A stretch of 63,915 nucleotides of DNA, the filler included, from Octopus bimaculoides (lineage: Eukaryota), in assembly GCF_001194135.2 (NCBI RefSeq). It is 5 parts of 5 records of this genome, joined end to end, with 100 filler letters (N's around TTAATTAATTAA, not from the genome) between each part and the next. Parts side by side here need not be neighbours in the genome. Positions count along the whole stretch, not along the records: positions 1 to 26,615 come from NC_068993.1; 4 more parts are not named here. One strand, given 5' to 3'. Every line of letters starts with the position of its first letter. The first letter of the stretch is position 1. The notes below the pieces were generated by a model. It did not search any database, was not told the DNA's origin, and saw nothing but the letters and a program-made list of their open reading frames with translations. A program made the translations under genes and the position numbers. Positions 13,500-25,828 of this stretch are shown here, piece after piece.

Positions 13500-14237
13500 A
13501 ATTCAATAATAGGATGAATTCTTTTATAAGAATTTATCAAGTAGCTAGCGTGAAAAAAACCTCATAAGGGAAAAATCCATCATTTATTCCCTAAAATATA
13601 TTTATTTATATAAGGGCATTACTATACATGGGACTCTAAGGTCAAACTACTATAATAAACACATTTTTACCGAACGCGAAGAAATGCAACTCTCAAAGCT
13701 AGCCACTTAAAAACAGACTAAATTATAGATCATGATTTCGTAGTTATTGCAGTATTATGCAACTTCTACTGGTCAGTATAATATGGTCAGAAAATCAACA
13801 TACCAAACGAACACCTCGTGTATCCAGCACAGTACATAGAAGATTGTTTATCCCTATATATATATCTATGTAAGTGGCGGGCTTTTCGAATTGCATCTCG
13901 GTATATGTGTTTGTTTCAGAATAAATTCAGCACTGAATATATTCTGGTTATTTATTTAATTAATTCAATAATAGGATGAATTCTTTTATAAGAATTTATC
14001 AAGTAGCTAGCGTGAAAAAAAACCTCTTAAGAGAAAAGATCCATCATTTATTCCCCAAAATATATTTATTTATATAAGGGCATTACTATACATGAACGCC
14101 TCACACTAAGAGGGACTCTAAGGTTAAACTACTATAATAAACACATTTTTACTGAACGCGAGGAAATGCAACTCTCAAAGCTAGCCCCTTAAAAACAGAC
14201 TAAATTATAGATCATGGTTTCGTAGTTATTGCAGTAT
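13500..14237 (-). mobile_element. Direct repeat pair (13500-13775 and 13961-14237) carrying hammerhead motifs; Penelope pseudo-LTR or retrozyme-like
   Basis: About 275-bp blocks, near-identical, starts 461 bp apart. The second copy is truncated within the hammerhead stem II. Confidence 0.6.
13722..13782 (-). ncRNA. Hammerhead ribozyme-like motif (type I, Penelope/retrozyme style), core G8>C
   Basis: ATTATA-CTGACCA-GTAG AA GTTGCA taatac TGCAAT AA CTAC-GAAA-TCATGA-TC-TATAAT. Perfect 6-bp stem I, bulged stem II, palindromic stem III (ATCATGAT), AUC triplet. Confidence 0.7.
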
Positions 14238-14298
14238 GATGCAACTTACAGAGCAGGGAGAAAGGAAATGTGTTAAGCAGTGGACTATTGGTGTAGAT

Positions 14299-14555
14299 AA
14301 GTGGTTCTCAACCGGGGTCAGTATGGCTCTTAAGTGTCCCTATAAGATTTCGTTGCTGTATACTTCTACAAAACACAAAATATTTAAATCTTTTTATACA
14401 ATTCCTAATAATATTCAATTATTAAAATGGGAGGATTTTTGTTTTATATACATCGAATGTCGTCTATAGGGCTCCAGGAGAGTAAAACAGGAATCAAAAA
14501 TGGTGGTCGGTGGGGGGGGGGGCGTCAATACTTAAAAAATGGTTGAGAAGCACTT
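14299..14555. mobile_element. hAT-type MITE
   Basis: TIRs AAGTGGTTCTCAACC and GGTTGAGAAGCACTT. 8-bp target duplication GTGTAGAT/ATGTAGAT (7/8 match). Confidence 0.85.
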
Positions 14556-15304
14556 ATGTAGATGATGACGCTCGTGATAATTGTACAGGTGATGGTGATG
14601 ACGGATGTAGTAGAGAAAGTAGAAATGGTTGTACTAGTAATCGAAATGATGATGATGATGATCATGATGTTGATCATGATGACGGTGACGACAACGACGA
14701 CAACGACGACGACGACGGTGACAATGACAATGATGATGATAAAAGTGGTCGCTGTGATGATGACGGTGATAACGATGATGCTGATGACGATGACGATGAC
14801 GATGACTGCTGTAGAGTGGATGGTAGCCATGATTATAGTCACTGTGAAGTGGGTAGCTGAACGATGATTATACTTTTAGTGGCGATGTTCGATAATTTCA
14901 TATATTTATTCATAAATAAATTATGTGTTAATGAGAACTGCTTTAGATTAACTCTATGATTAAATTAACAGGTCTCTCTCCTTCAATTAGTGATCTGTTC
15001 CCTCATCATAGTTCCAATTTATTGAGAGTTAAATACAGACCGTAAGAGAACAGCGGTGTGTGTGTATGCGTTTGTACGCGTGTGTGTGTGTATGCGTTTG
15101 TACGCGTGTGTCTGTGTGTACGTGTAGGTGTGTTTATTCATATTCACGCACACCTACATACACGCACACATACATACATACACACAAATATATATTATGT
15201 TTTACTTGTTAGTCATTAGATTGTGGCCATGCTAGAGCACCGCCTTGTAGATATATATACATATACACACATACATATATATATATATATAATATTATAT
15301 TATA

Positions 15305-15710
15305 TTATCAGGTCATCCCATAAGTTCTGTCTGATTTTTGAATAAAGAAAACAAGTGAATAAATGATATATTTAATTGAAATTTAATCCTCAATGTACTT
15401 TCCCTGATTATCTATGACTTCCTTCCATCTATTTACAAGCTTTTTAATCCCATAAATATAAAACTCTTTTGGTTTCAAAGCGAAGAACTCTGAAATGTCA
15501 GTTTCGACCTCCTCCTGCCTTGCGAAAGTTGTGTCCTCCAAATGATTCTGTAAACTACGAAACAAATGGGAGTCTGAAGGAGCAAGGTCGGGAGAATAAG
15601 CTGGATGAGGAATTTTTTTCCAACCAAGCTCTTCGATCTTCTGTGATGTGATCTTTTTAGTGTGGGGTCGCGCATGGTCCTGATGAAACATCACTCCTTG
15701 TCGTGGTGAG
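15305..15710 (-). mobile_element. Mariner (DD34D) transposase 3' half plus terminal inverted repeat
   Basis: GVMFHQDHARPH...HPAYSPDLAPSD with 34 residues between the two Asp. Ends LVNRWKEVIDNQGKYIED*. TA-flanked terminus TCAGGTCATCCCATAAGTTCTGTC. Confidence 0.9.
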
Positions 15711-16400
15711 AGAGTTTACACCTTTGAGGGAAATTATCAGCTTCTTTCGAGAAATCCGGCCGAACAGTTCAAATTCTTTTAAGCGGTTTCTGGTGTAAAG
15801 CTGAAGTCAGTTTCATCAGATAATTGCTTGCAAATGTCCACTGCTGTTAGCATGCGGTTACCTTCAGAGAGCTTATGAATTCGCCGATCCGTCTATACTG
15901 TTGTTTTTCTCAGAGCGCCCGTTCTTTACCGTTCTTTGTATTGGCCAGTGACTTGGTAAAACTGCCATGCTTGAACACAAGCTATCTTGCTGCATGCTAA
16001 TTGCTTCCTACTGTTCATGAAGGACACGTTTTGCTGATGAAGCAACAAGGTCTTTGCTCTAGTAACTGGGCTGATACTACGACGCTTTCCCATTGTGAAT
16101 TGATGTGTAACAATGCCCGACTATTAAATAAAACAGTGCAGTACGACCAGCCATATGACCAGCCATTTAGCTTATTGATTTGCATAAACTTATTTTGTCA
16201 ACAATTTCTAATCATTTGAATTAATTAGGCATTAAAATTATTCGAATTGTAGAAAGATATATGATGCCTATATCATTCGAAAGAGAAAAAAATTCTACAT
16301 AAACTGTAAAAAGTAAAATAATTTTGTACAGTTTTGTTAAAAATATATTAATGAAGGAATAGAACTGTCATCATTGGTCTTAAAGTTATTTTGGCCAGTG
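15710..16400 (-). mobile_element. Tc1-like element 5' end and N-terminal HTH region, joined to the mariner half
   Basis: TA|CACTGGCCAAAATAACTTTAAGACC terminus at 16400. ATG at 16093 gives MGKRRSISPVTRAK...RTGALRKTTV*TDRRIHKLSEGNRMLTA...RNRLKEFELFGRISRKK. Confidence 0.75.
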
Positions 16401-16566
16401 TATATAATACTATATACTGCATTTATGCACACATACGTACGTACTTATGTGCATATATACATATGTGCATACATACATATGTGCATACATACATGTGTGC
16501 ATACATACATACAAACATAGACAGACAAACAGACAGGCAGACAGACAGACAGACAGACCGATAAAC

Positions 16567-16614
<48 letters not shown>

Positions 16615-17009
16615 CATGTGTAACTTGCTAACCAGTTTACTTGTCTTTGATCTAATTTTTAAAATACTTTTTTAATATTAATCTTTTTGTTTTTGATTAC
16701 TATTTTATTATAGCGGNNNNNNNNNNNNNNNNNNNNNNNNNNNNNNNNNNNNNNNNNNNNNNNNNNNNNNNNNNNNNNNNNNNNNNNNNNNNNNNNNNNN
16801 NNNNNNNNNNNNNNNNNNNNNNNNNNNNNNNNNNNNNNNNNNNNNCCCATAGCCATTCAATGTTTAAAATTAAGTCTTATTAAAACTTCTTTCAAAATTC
16901 CTATTTTCTTTACCACACATTAACTTCTATAGGTTGAACCATGTAAAATGTTAGAGAAAGAAGCCTAACTGTTTCTTGCAATACATACTAATACATGCGT
17001 CTAAAGCAA

Positions 17010-17110
17010 ATTTTTTCAGGAGTCCTTAAAATATTATTGCGGATCTCCAGTAATGATTTTGTTGTTTGGACCCCAAAAATCTTATATGGACCCCGCTTGA
17101 GAACCACTGC
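17010..17110. mobile_element. One end of a related hAT MITE
   Basis: GGACCCC...TTGAGAACCACTG terminus. No partner end found. Confidence 0.5.
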
Positions 17111-18300
17111 GTTATGCCAATCTGCATTGTATTGCTTGGCATTTTATGTGTACATTACTGTGTTGAATTTTAGTAAAGAGTCGTCTTCAAAGTTTCCCCC
17201 TAACTTCCTGGTGTATCAATTTCTGTAGATAATCAACATAGCAATATATATGGTGCATGTCTCGTTTATGTTTTCCTACCACGTTGTTCGCAAATAATGA
17301 TCTCATAGAACGCCGCGAACGTGGAACCTAGCGTAAACCCCATAACTGCTCCGTTTTTGTTATTTTTGTAATTTGCTCTGTGAGCAGCGAATGGGAATTT
17401 TGTTGTTAACTACACTAGTGATTTCATCAGTATTTTAGCTGCCATCATGAATGGGTTTATCATTGGGGTTGTTTTTATACACTATTTAATTCTGTTTCTG
17501 TTTTTTCTGCCAGTGGATCTTTATTAACCAACATGGAGTTCTAACTTCCTCCGTTGGTTTCTTTTAAGCTCTCTAGGAATTCTTCAAATGACCGCATGTG
17601 GCATCACTCCGAAATGACCGGATACTATAACTCATTACGATGTATAGTTTAATAACGTTGTCTATTTGTTTAGCAATCATGTATGTTGGTGCATTAATTA
17701 GAGATATTATGAGCCGTAGCGGGAAGGAATTGTTTTGTTTGTGTATCTTTACTGTTCTATAGATATGTGCTGGGTTAAATTCTCCTTCAATACGGAGAAG
17801 ATAAGAAGTTTTAATTTGTGCATTTATCACAGTGATTAATTAGTTTATTCAGCTTAACATTTAATCGGATGTTATTACTGTTCAGAATACTTATAAATCT
17901 ATTTTTGCCGTTGAGTAAATTGTCATTTTTTGTAATAAATGCGTTTTTATGCATCATTCTAAATACATTAGTTCATGCCACGTTAAAATCTTGTGAACTT
18001 GCCGATAATTTTAAAATCATGCAATGTGCTTAAATTTCGTTTTGAATATTTGGTTAATGTTCTGTTAGTATCTATTTTTATTGCAGCTGCCTCTTATTTA
18101 GTGTTTAATTTAATATTCTATACTTCTAATGGTTTTATCAGTAATATTTTCTGGGATTTGATTTCAACTGTTTGAGCTTAATTTCAACTATTATCGTTTT
18201 GATCCTATTTCAATTCTAAGTGGAAGCTACGGCCAGCCCCCATCTTACAGTATGGTTAGATTCTGTCTTTAGGGGCTCCTATGACAATCCATATATGCTG
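17110..18300 (-). mobile_element. Decayed Penelope-like element, reverse transcriptase region
   Basis: PAHIYRTVKIHKQNNSFPLRLIISLINAPTYMIAK, then NGAVMG..LGSTFAAFY and YCYVDY (the YVDD position), with stops and frameshifts. Confidence 0.75.
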
Positions 18301-21300
18301 TTGTTCTGAATTTAAGGGTTCCTTGTGTTCGGAGGCCGATGAAGCTATTAGACAGCCCTAGTTTTGACCGAAGTTTAGGGATGTAATTTGATCTGGGATT
18401 AGTGCATCTTGTGTAATGCTGAGGAATTGATCTTCCAGTGCTGGTAGAGCTCTCTTGCCGACTCACTACAAAACAACTAGGAACAATTGCAATATACAAC
18501 ACGACACAACACATCAAAAATAGCCATGAAAACATTCACAACACATCTATAACCTCTAGAATTTTTCATAAAATTAGACAATGATGGAAGCAATCCTCAT
18601 TTTACAGTACGATGTTAAAACAAACACACAAACACACATCAGTCATTAAATAAGTACAACAGTCTCACCATTCATTTACACCAAGGAGAATCACCAAAGC
18701 ACTAAATTCCACACCACAAAAAAATAAAACATGGTTGTAAAATGTTTGTAAACAACATCGCTAAACAATACAATTAATAATGTATGGTGTGCTAGCAGAA
18801 CAATAAGAATCCAAACAATAATGTATCTAGTCTTAACACGTTCTGGTAGATTAGAACGTGAATGAAGTATTCACATTTCAATCTATCAAAACTTATTAAG
18901 AATGTATAATTCTTTGGAGTTTCACTGTTCTACTAGTACTTCATGTATCATTGTCTGTTTGGTAGACATAGCAAACTGCTGATTTCTATAAACAAAGCCT
19001 CGTGCTCTTGTTAGATTCATCGGGCCGACATGGTAACACACAATAAGGGCGAAACAGCGCGGTGACTCAAAATCCTTTTACACCGGTGAATCCCGTGTGT
19101 TATGATGACGTGTCATCTAAAGAGAAGCGGTGTTCTCCGATGGCTAACAACAGCGATCGGATATTCTCGTTCGAATCTGCCAGAATGTATTAAGAAGGAA
19201 TAAATACGTTATTACGTACAATAAAGAACTCTTTACTAAAATCCACCATTAATGATAAAAGCAATATTCATAATACAGGAAAATGCTAAATTAACACGGT
19301 GGCAATACATATCAGTCATTAATAAAAATTAACACCTGACTGATGACGCATAAATCTAATAATCAAACTTTTCCAACAGAAAGGTCTACATCAGTCACAC
19401 TGGCTCTGCTTACTCTAAAAAGGCAGCAACAAACGACAACTTAACTCCATCCTGAAGATGTGACTGTGACGGTCTAGAAATAATAATTATGGTTTTAGTA
19501 ATTTTTACCTTTCTAAACGATCTGCAAGGAGCTCATATCAACACTACACCAAAGCAAACTTCCACCGCTTCACCACACTAACCCACTGCTATACTAACTT
19601 AACAGTACATTAACGCAAAAACTAAACCAACACGCCACCACATAACTACACTAAAACACTACCACACCGATCCTCCACACTAACTCCAACCTACACCACC
19701 ATACCAACCCACCACCTGACTAATCTACTACCACACTAACACACAACCTTACTAAAACACCACCACAATAATACCCCTACACACATACACATCACTGCAC
19801 CGCCGTACCAACCAACTAACCACCCACCCCATCCCCACGAACGCCCAATCTCCCCTATCAACCCACTTACACTCCAACACACNNNNNNNNNNNNNNNNNN
19901 NNNNNNNNNNNNNNNNNNNNNNNNNNNNNNNNNNNNNNNNNNNNNNNNNNNNNNNNNNNNNNNNNNNNNNNNNNNNNNNNNNNNNNNNNNNNNNNNNNNN
20001 NNNNNNNNNNNNNNNNNNNNNNNNNNNNNNNNNNNNNNNNNNNNNNNNNNNNNNNNNNNNNNNNNNNNNNNNNNNNNNNNNNNNNNNNNNNNNNNNNNNN
20101 NNNNNNNNNNNNNNNNNNNNNNNNNNNNNNNNNNNNNNNNNNNNNNNNNNNNNNNNNNNNNNNNNNNNNNNNNNNNNNNNNNNNNNNNNNNNNNNNNNNN
20201 NNNNNNNNNNNNNNNNNNNNNNNNNNNNNNNNNNNNNNNNNNNNNNTCCATATCAGATGAAAAATTTTTCGAGAATTTCCTTAACTTTATTGAAGAGAAG
20301 AATTATTGACGATATCAATCTAAGATTAGACCAATAATTCCTTGTGATGGCAGCACCATTTTTAACACACACACACGCGCGAACACACACACACACAAAC
20401 ACATACAAACACACACACACACAAATACACAAACACACACAAACACTCACACACAGACACACACACACCACATATACACATTTTCTCCTGTCTCTTTCTA
20501 TCTTTCTATCTCTGTCTTTCAAACACTTACCTGCTACCTCATCCACCCACTCTCTGCTGCTTTTTCCCATACGTACATAATTTATTACACTTTCCCCTAT
20601 TTCCCTTCTCTCTTTCCTCTTCTTTGACTGTTTCTTACTCACACATGCACAGTAGTCTGTATCTCTCATTTCTCTCTTCCTCCTCTCCCCCCTCTCTCTC
20701 TCTCTCTCTCTCTCTCGCACTCTCACGCACGCACACATACACACACACAAATCTATCTCTTTGTCAACCTATCTTTCTGCTTTACAACTTCAATATCAAT
20801 CAAACTCTCTATTTCTCTCTCTCCTTCTTTGGATTTCTCCGTAAGTATGCACATNNNNNNNNNNNNNNNNNNNNNNNNNNNNNNNNNNNNNNNNNNNNNN
20901 NNNNNNNNNNNNNNNNNNNNNNNNNNNNNNNNNNNNNNNNNNNNNNNNNNNNNNNNNNNNNNNNNNNNNNNNNNNNNNNNNNNNNNNNNNNNNNNNNNNN
21001 NNNNNNNNNNNNNNNNNNNNNNNNNNNNNNNNNNNNNNNNNNNNNNNNNNNNNNNNNNNNNNNNNNNNNNNNNNNNNNNNNNNNNNNNNNNNNNNNNNNN
21101 NNNNNNNNNNNNNNNNNNNNNNNNNNNNNNNNNNNNNNNNNNNNNNNNNNNNNNNNNNNNNNNNNNNNNNNNNNNNNNNNNNNNNNNNNNNNNNNNNNNN
21201 NNNNNNNNNNNNNNNNNNNNNNNNNNNNNNNNNNNNNNNNNNNNNNNNNNNNNNNNNNNNNNNNNNNNNNNNNNNNNNNNNNNNNNNNNNNNNNNNNNNN

Positions 21301-21625
21301 NNNNNNNNNNNNNNNNNNNNNNNNNNNNNNNNNNNNNNNNNNNNNNNNNNNNNNNNNNNNNNNNNNNNNNNNNNNNNNNNNNNNNNNNNNNNNNNNNNNN
21401 NNNNNNNNNNNNNNNNNNNNNNNNNNNNNNNNNNNNNNNNNNNNNNNNNNNNNNNNNNNNNNNNNNNNNNNNNNNNNNNNNNNNNNNNNNNNNNNNNNNN
21501 NNNNNNNNNNNNNNNNNNNNNNNNNNNNNNNNNNNNNNNNNNNNNNNNNNNNNNNNNNNNNNNNNNAGTGTAGTGAACAGCTGACACCGTAGTACATCTC
21601 CAGCGTTATAAGCTGTGCAAAAGCG

Positions 21626-21687
<62 letters not shown>

Positions 21688-21688
21688 C

Positions 21689-22445
21689 CTTTCTCCTATA
21701 GGCACAAGGTCTGGAATTTGGGGAAAGAGATAGTCGATTGCATCGACACGAGTACACACTTGGTATGCATTTTATCAACCCTCAAAGGATGAAAGGTAAA
21801 GTCAGCACCGGCGGAATTTCAACTCAGACCGTATAGACGGACGAGATGCCGCCAAGCATTTTGTCCGGCGCGGTAACGATTCTACCAACTCACCGCCTCA
21901 ACAACTATAATAATAATAATCCCATTTACTATAAGCACAAGGCCTGCAGTTTTGAGGGGAGGGGCATGTCGATTACATGAGCCTCAATGCTCAACTGGTA
22001 CTTATTTTGCCGATCCCAGACGCTAAGCATTTTGTCCGGCACGCTAACGATTTTATCAGCTCGCCACCTTCAATAGTTTCAAATCTTGACATTAGGTTAG
22101 CAGTCTATGAGAGGAGGAAGTAGTCGGTGTAGTAGTAGGCCCCAAAAGGATGAAAAGCAAAGTCGCCCTCAGCAGAATTTGAAATGAAATCGCGAAAGAT
22201 GGATGCAATACCTATTTCTTTACTGCCCACAAGAGGCTACACACAGAGGGGACAAACAAGGACAGACAAACGGATTAAGTCGATTATATCGACCCCAGAG
22301 CGTAACTGGTACTTATTTAATCGACACAGAAAGGATGAAAGGCAAAGTCGACCCCGGCGGAATTTGAACTCAGAACGTAGCGGCAGACGAAATACCACTA
22401 AGCATTTCGCCCGGCGTGCTAACGTTTCTGCCAGCTCGCTGCCTT
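21689..22445 (-). mobile_element. Cluster of four same-orientation SINE family A copies
   Basis: Repeated AAGGATGAAAGG..AAAGTCG / TAAGCATTT.G.CCGGCG.G.TAACG blocks, separated by (AAT)n remnants. Confidence 0.85.
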
Positions 22446-23280
22446 ATCGAAAGTAATATTGATAATAACAACAATAATAACCACACCAACAACTGAAATA
22501 ATAGCAATTATAACAGCAACAACAATAAATGCAACGAGAATAATATTACAGACATCTACCACNNNNNNNNNNNNNNNNNNNNNNNNNNNNNNNNNNNNNN
22601 NNNNNNNNNNNNNNNNNNNNNNNNNNNNNNNNNNNNNNNNNNNNNNNNNNNNNNNNNNNNNNNNNNNNNNNNNNNNNNNNNNNNNNNNNNNNNNNNNNNN
22701 NNNNNNNNNNNNNNNNNNNNNNNNNNNNNNNNNNNNNNNNNNNNNNNNNNNNNNNNNNNNNNNNNNNNNNNNNNNNNNNNNNNNNNNNNNNNNNNNNNNN
22801 NNNNNNNNNNNNNNNNNNNNNNNNNNNNNNNNNNNNNNNNNNNNNNNNNNNNNNNNNNNNNNNNNNNNNNNNNNNNNNNNNNNNNNNNNNNNNNNNNNNN
22901 NNNNNNNNNNNNNNNNNNNNNNNNNNNNNNNNNNNNNNNNNNNNNNNNNNNNNNNNNNNNNNNNNNNNNNNNNNNNNNNNNNNNNNNNNNNNNNNNNNNN
23001 NNNNNNNNNNNNNNNNNNNNNNNNNNNNNNNNNNNNNNNNNNNNNNNNNNNNNNNNNNNNNNNNNNNNNNNNNNNNNNNNNNNNNNNNNNNNNNNNNNNN
23101 NNNNNNNNNNNNNNNNNNNNNNNNNNNNNNNNNNNNNNNNNNNNNNNNNNNNNNNNNNNNNNNNNNNNNNNNNNNNNNNNNNNNNNNNNNNNNNNNNNNN
23201 NNNNNNNNNNNNNNNNNNNNNNNNNNNNNNNNATATATACATATATATATATACATATATATATATACATGCATACATAC

Positions 23281-23325
<45 letters not shown>

Positions 23326-23553
23326 TCCATATACCTATACGAAATTCTCTTACGGTGCACATAAACACACAGACAAAAAGATTCGCAGACATATATAGGC
23401 ACGTACGAACGTGCTGGTTTAATATACGACACATATAAAGAAATATATACGCACTCAGAGAGAGAGAGTGCATGCTCACATGCACATACGTACATAGAAA
23501 AATCACGTGCATATATAGAGACATAAACACACGCAAACATACATGAAAGACGC

Positions 23554-23600
<47 letters not shown>

Positions 23601-24587
23601 TACATAATTTTTAATCGATGAAGTCACAAAGTGACTCAAAGAACAAGGACTGTGTGATTAGTTTGATTATTTCCATAATCGAAACTCTCGTCCCTTGAGT
23701 CACCTTCCAAGTCCTGCCGATGAAAGCTTATAAATTATGTACGTGTGTACATATACATGCATACGTAAATACATCCATACATATNNNNNNNNNNNNNNNN
23801 NNNNNNNNNNNNNNNNNNNNNNNNNNNNNNNNNNNNNNNNNNNNNNNNNNNNNNNNNNNNNNNNNNNNNNNNNNNNNNNNNNNNNNNNNNNNNNNNNNNN
23901 NNNNNNNNNNNNNNNNNNNNNNNNNNNNNNNNNNNNNNNNNNNNNNNNNNNNNNNNNNNNNNNNNNNNNNNNNNNNNNNNNNNNNNNNNNNNNNNNNNNN
24001 NNNNNNNNNNNNNNNNNNNNNNNNNNNNNNNNNNNNNNNNNNNNNNNNNNNNNNNNNNNNNNNNNNNNNNNNNNNNNNNNNNNNNNNNNNNNNNNNNNNN
24101 NNNNNNNNNNNNNNNNNNNNNNNNNNNNNNNNNNNNNNNNNNNNNNNNNNNNNNNNNNNNNNNNNNNNNNNNNNNNNNNNNNNNNNNNNNNNNNNNNNNN
24201 NNNNNNNNNNNNNNNNNNNNNNNNNNNNNNNNNNNNNNNNNNNNNNNNNNNNNNNNNNNNNNNNNNNNNNNNNNNNNNNNNNNNNNNNNNNNNNNNNNNN
24301 NNNNNNNNNNNNNNNNNNNNNNNNNNNNNNNNNNNNNNNNNNNNNNNNNNNNNNNNNNNNNNNNNNNNNNNNNNNNNNNNNNNNNNNNNNNNNNNNNNNN
24401 NNNNNNNNNNNNNNNNNNNNNNNNNNNNNNNNNNNNNNNNNNNNNNNNNNNNNNNNNNNNNNNNNNNNNNNNNNNNNNNNNNNNNNNNNNNNNNNNNNNN
24501 NNNNNNNNNNNNNNNNNNNNNNNNNNNNNNNNNNNNNNNNNNNNNNNNNNNNNNNNNNNNNNNNNNNNNNNNNNNNNNNNNNNNNNN

Positions 24588-24628
<41 letters not shown>

Positions 24629-24639
24629 TATAGAGACAA

Positions 24640-24693
<54 letters not shown>

Positions 24694-24699
24694 ATGTAT

Positions 24700-25170
24700 A
24701 ATACCACGCAAAGATGTTGAGTCGAGTTGAATCTATAGCTCTTGACAGACAAATGAAAAAAAAAGATCTGGTCTGGGGTAAAAGATTTTGAAGAAGTGAA
24801 AGACAAGTATGCAGAAATGATGAGAACCACGTAAAAATAGAATCTGGCTAAACACAGAAATGGTGTCATCGTTCAGTTGTTCAACGTGGGAAAGACTTGC
24901 CTTTCTAAAGTTGGTTTAACTTCGCATCTCATATCACATCTGTATGCAGTCGATCCAAGTGACAGCGATCATTGCAGCCTATGCGTTCATGTGCCATATT
25001 TGTCATAAGGCATGTAAGTCCCGAGTTGGTCTAAAAAGGTATTTAAATATCCATAAATCAGGCAAGACAAACAACACTATTACCAATTAAGGTGAGGCAT
25101 ATTTGCAATGTTCGAAATGCAACTTTCAAACAGCCCTTGGGATTCGATGTCAAACGACTAAATTTACCTT
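24700..25170 (+). mobile_element. RTE-like LINE 3' fragment with decayed tandem C2H2 zinc fingers
   Basis: ESIALDR...IWSGVKDFEE, then FSCST(C)GKTCLSKVGLTSHLISH and FMCHICHKACKSRVGLKRYLNIH. Confidence 0.7.
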
Positions 25171-25602
25171 TTTTTTCGTAAATGAGCGAAACTGCACGTA
25201 CAGTTCGACATTCGTATAACCAAACACACAGCGCTGGATTAAGCATTAAGTAAAATAAGCACGTGTTTAGGGCATCAAGGGAGATGTGGGTGTAGTACCA
25301 CAGAAATGGTAAATGGTTTACAGTACAAAAGAAATCACTTGTTAAAATAATTTTGGAGATGCCTTATCTTTACTAAGTAGATGTGTTACGGAAGACTAAT
25401 TTTGAGAATCTGGTCAAAGACTTTGCAATTAAAAAAAGCAGAAGAAAATTTTTCCAATATAAATAACGTGGAAGTATACAAAAATAGACATTATTTTCCA
25501 TCTTAGTTTTTTATTTCATTTTGAAAAGCATAATTCTATTTTATGATTTATTATTGTTTATATTTTGAATTATATATATATGGCGGGCACCAAAATCTTT
25601 TA

Positions 25603-25828
25603 CGAGGACGCACTGTAAAGTTCTTGATTTTAAAGGTACCTAAAAAGGATCAAGGTGGAGACCTAACCTTCCGAGTTTTTTTTTTTTTTTTAAGGGCTTA
25701 GAAAAACTGAAGGACTGCTGCAAAAAGTGTGCGAATCTGAGAGGGGAATATGATGAATAAAATCATAATTAACTGATTCTCCCGTATTTTCTTTTACCCA
25801 AAGCCAGGAACTTTTCAGCACCCCCTCG
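25603..25828 (+). mobile_element. Mariner-derived MITE retaining the transposase C-terminus
   Basis: TIRs CGAGG...AAAGTTC and GAACTTTTCAGCACCCCCTCG. Internal GLEKLKDCCKKCANLRGEYDE*. Confidence 0.8.
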
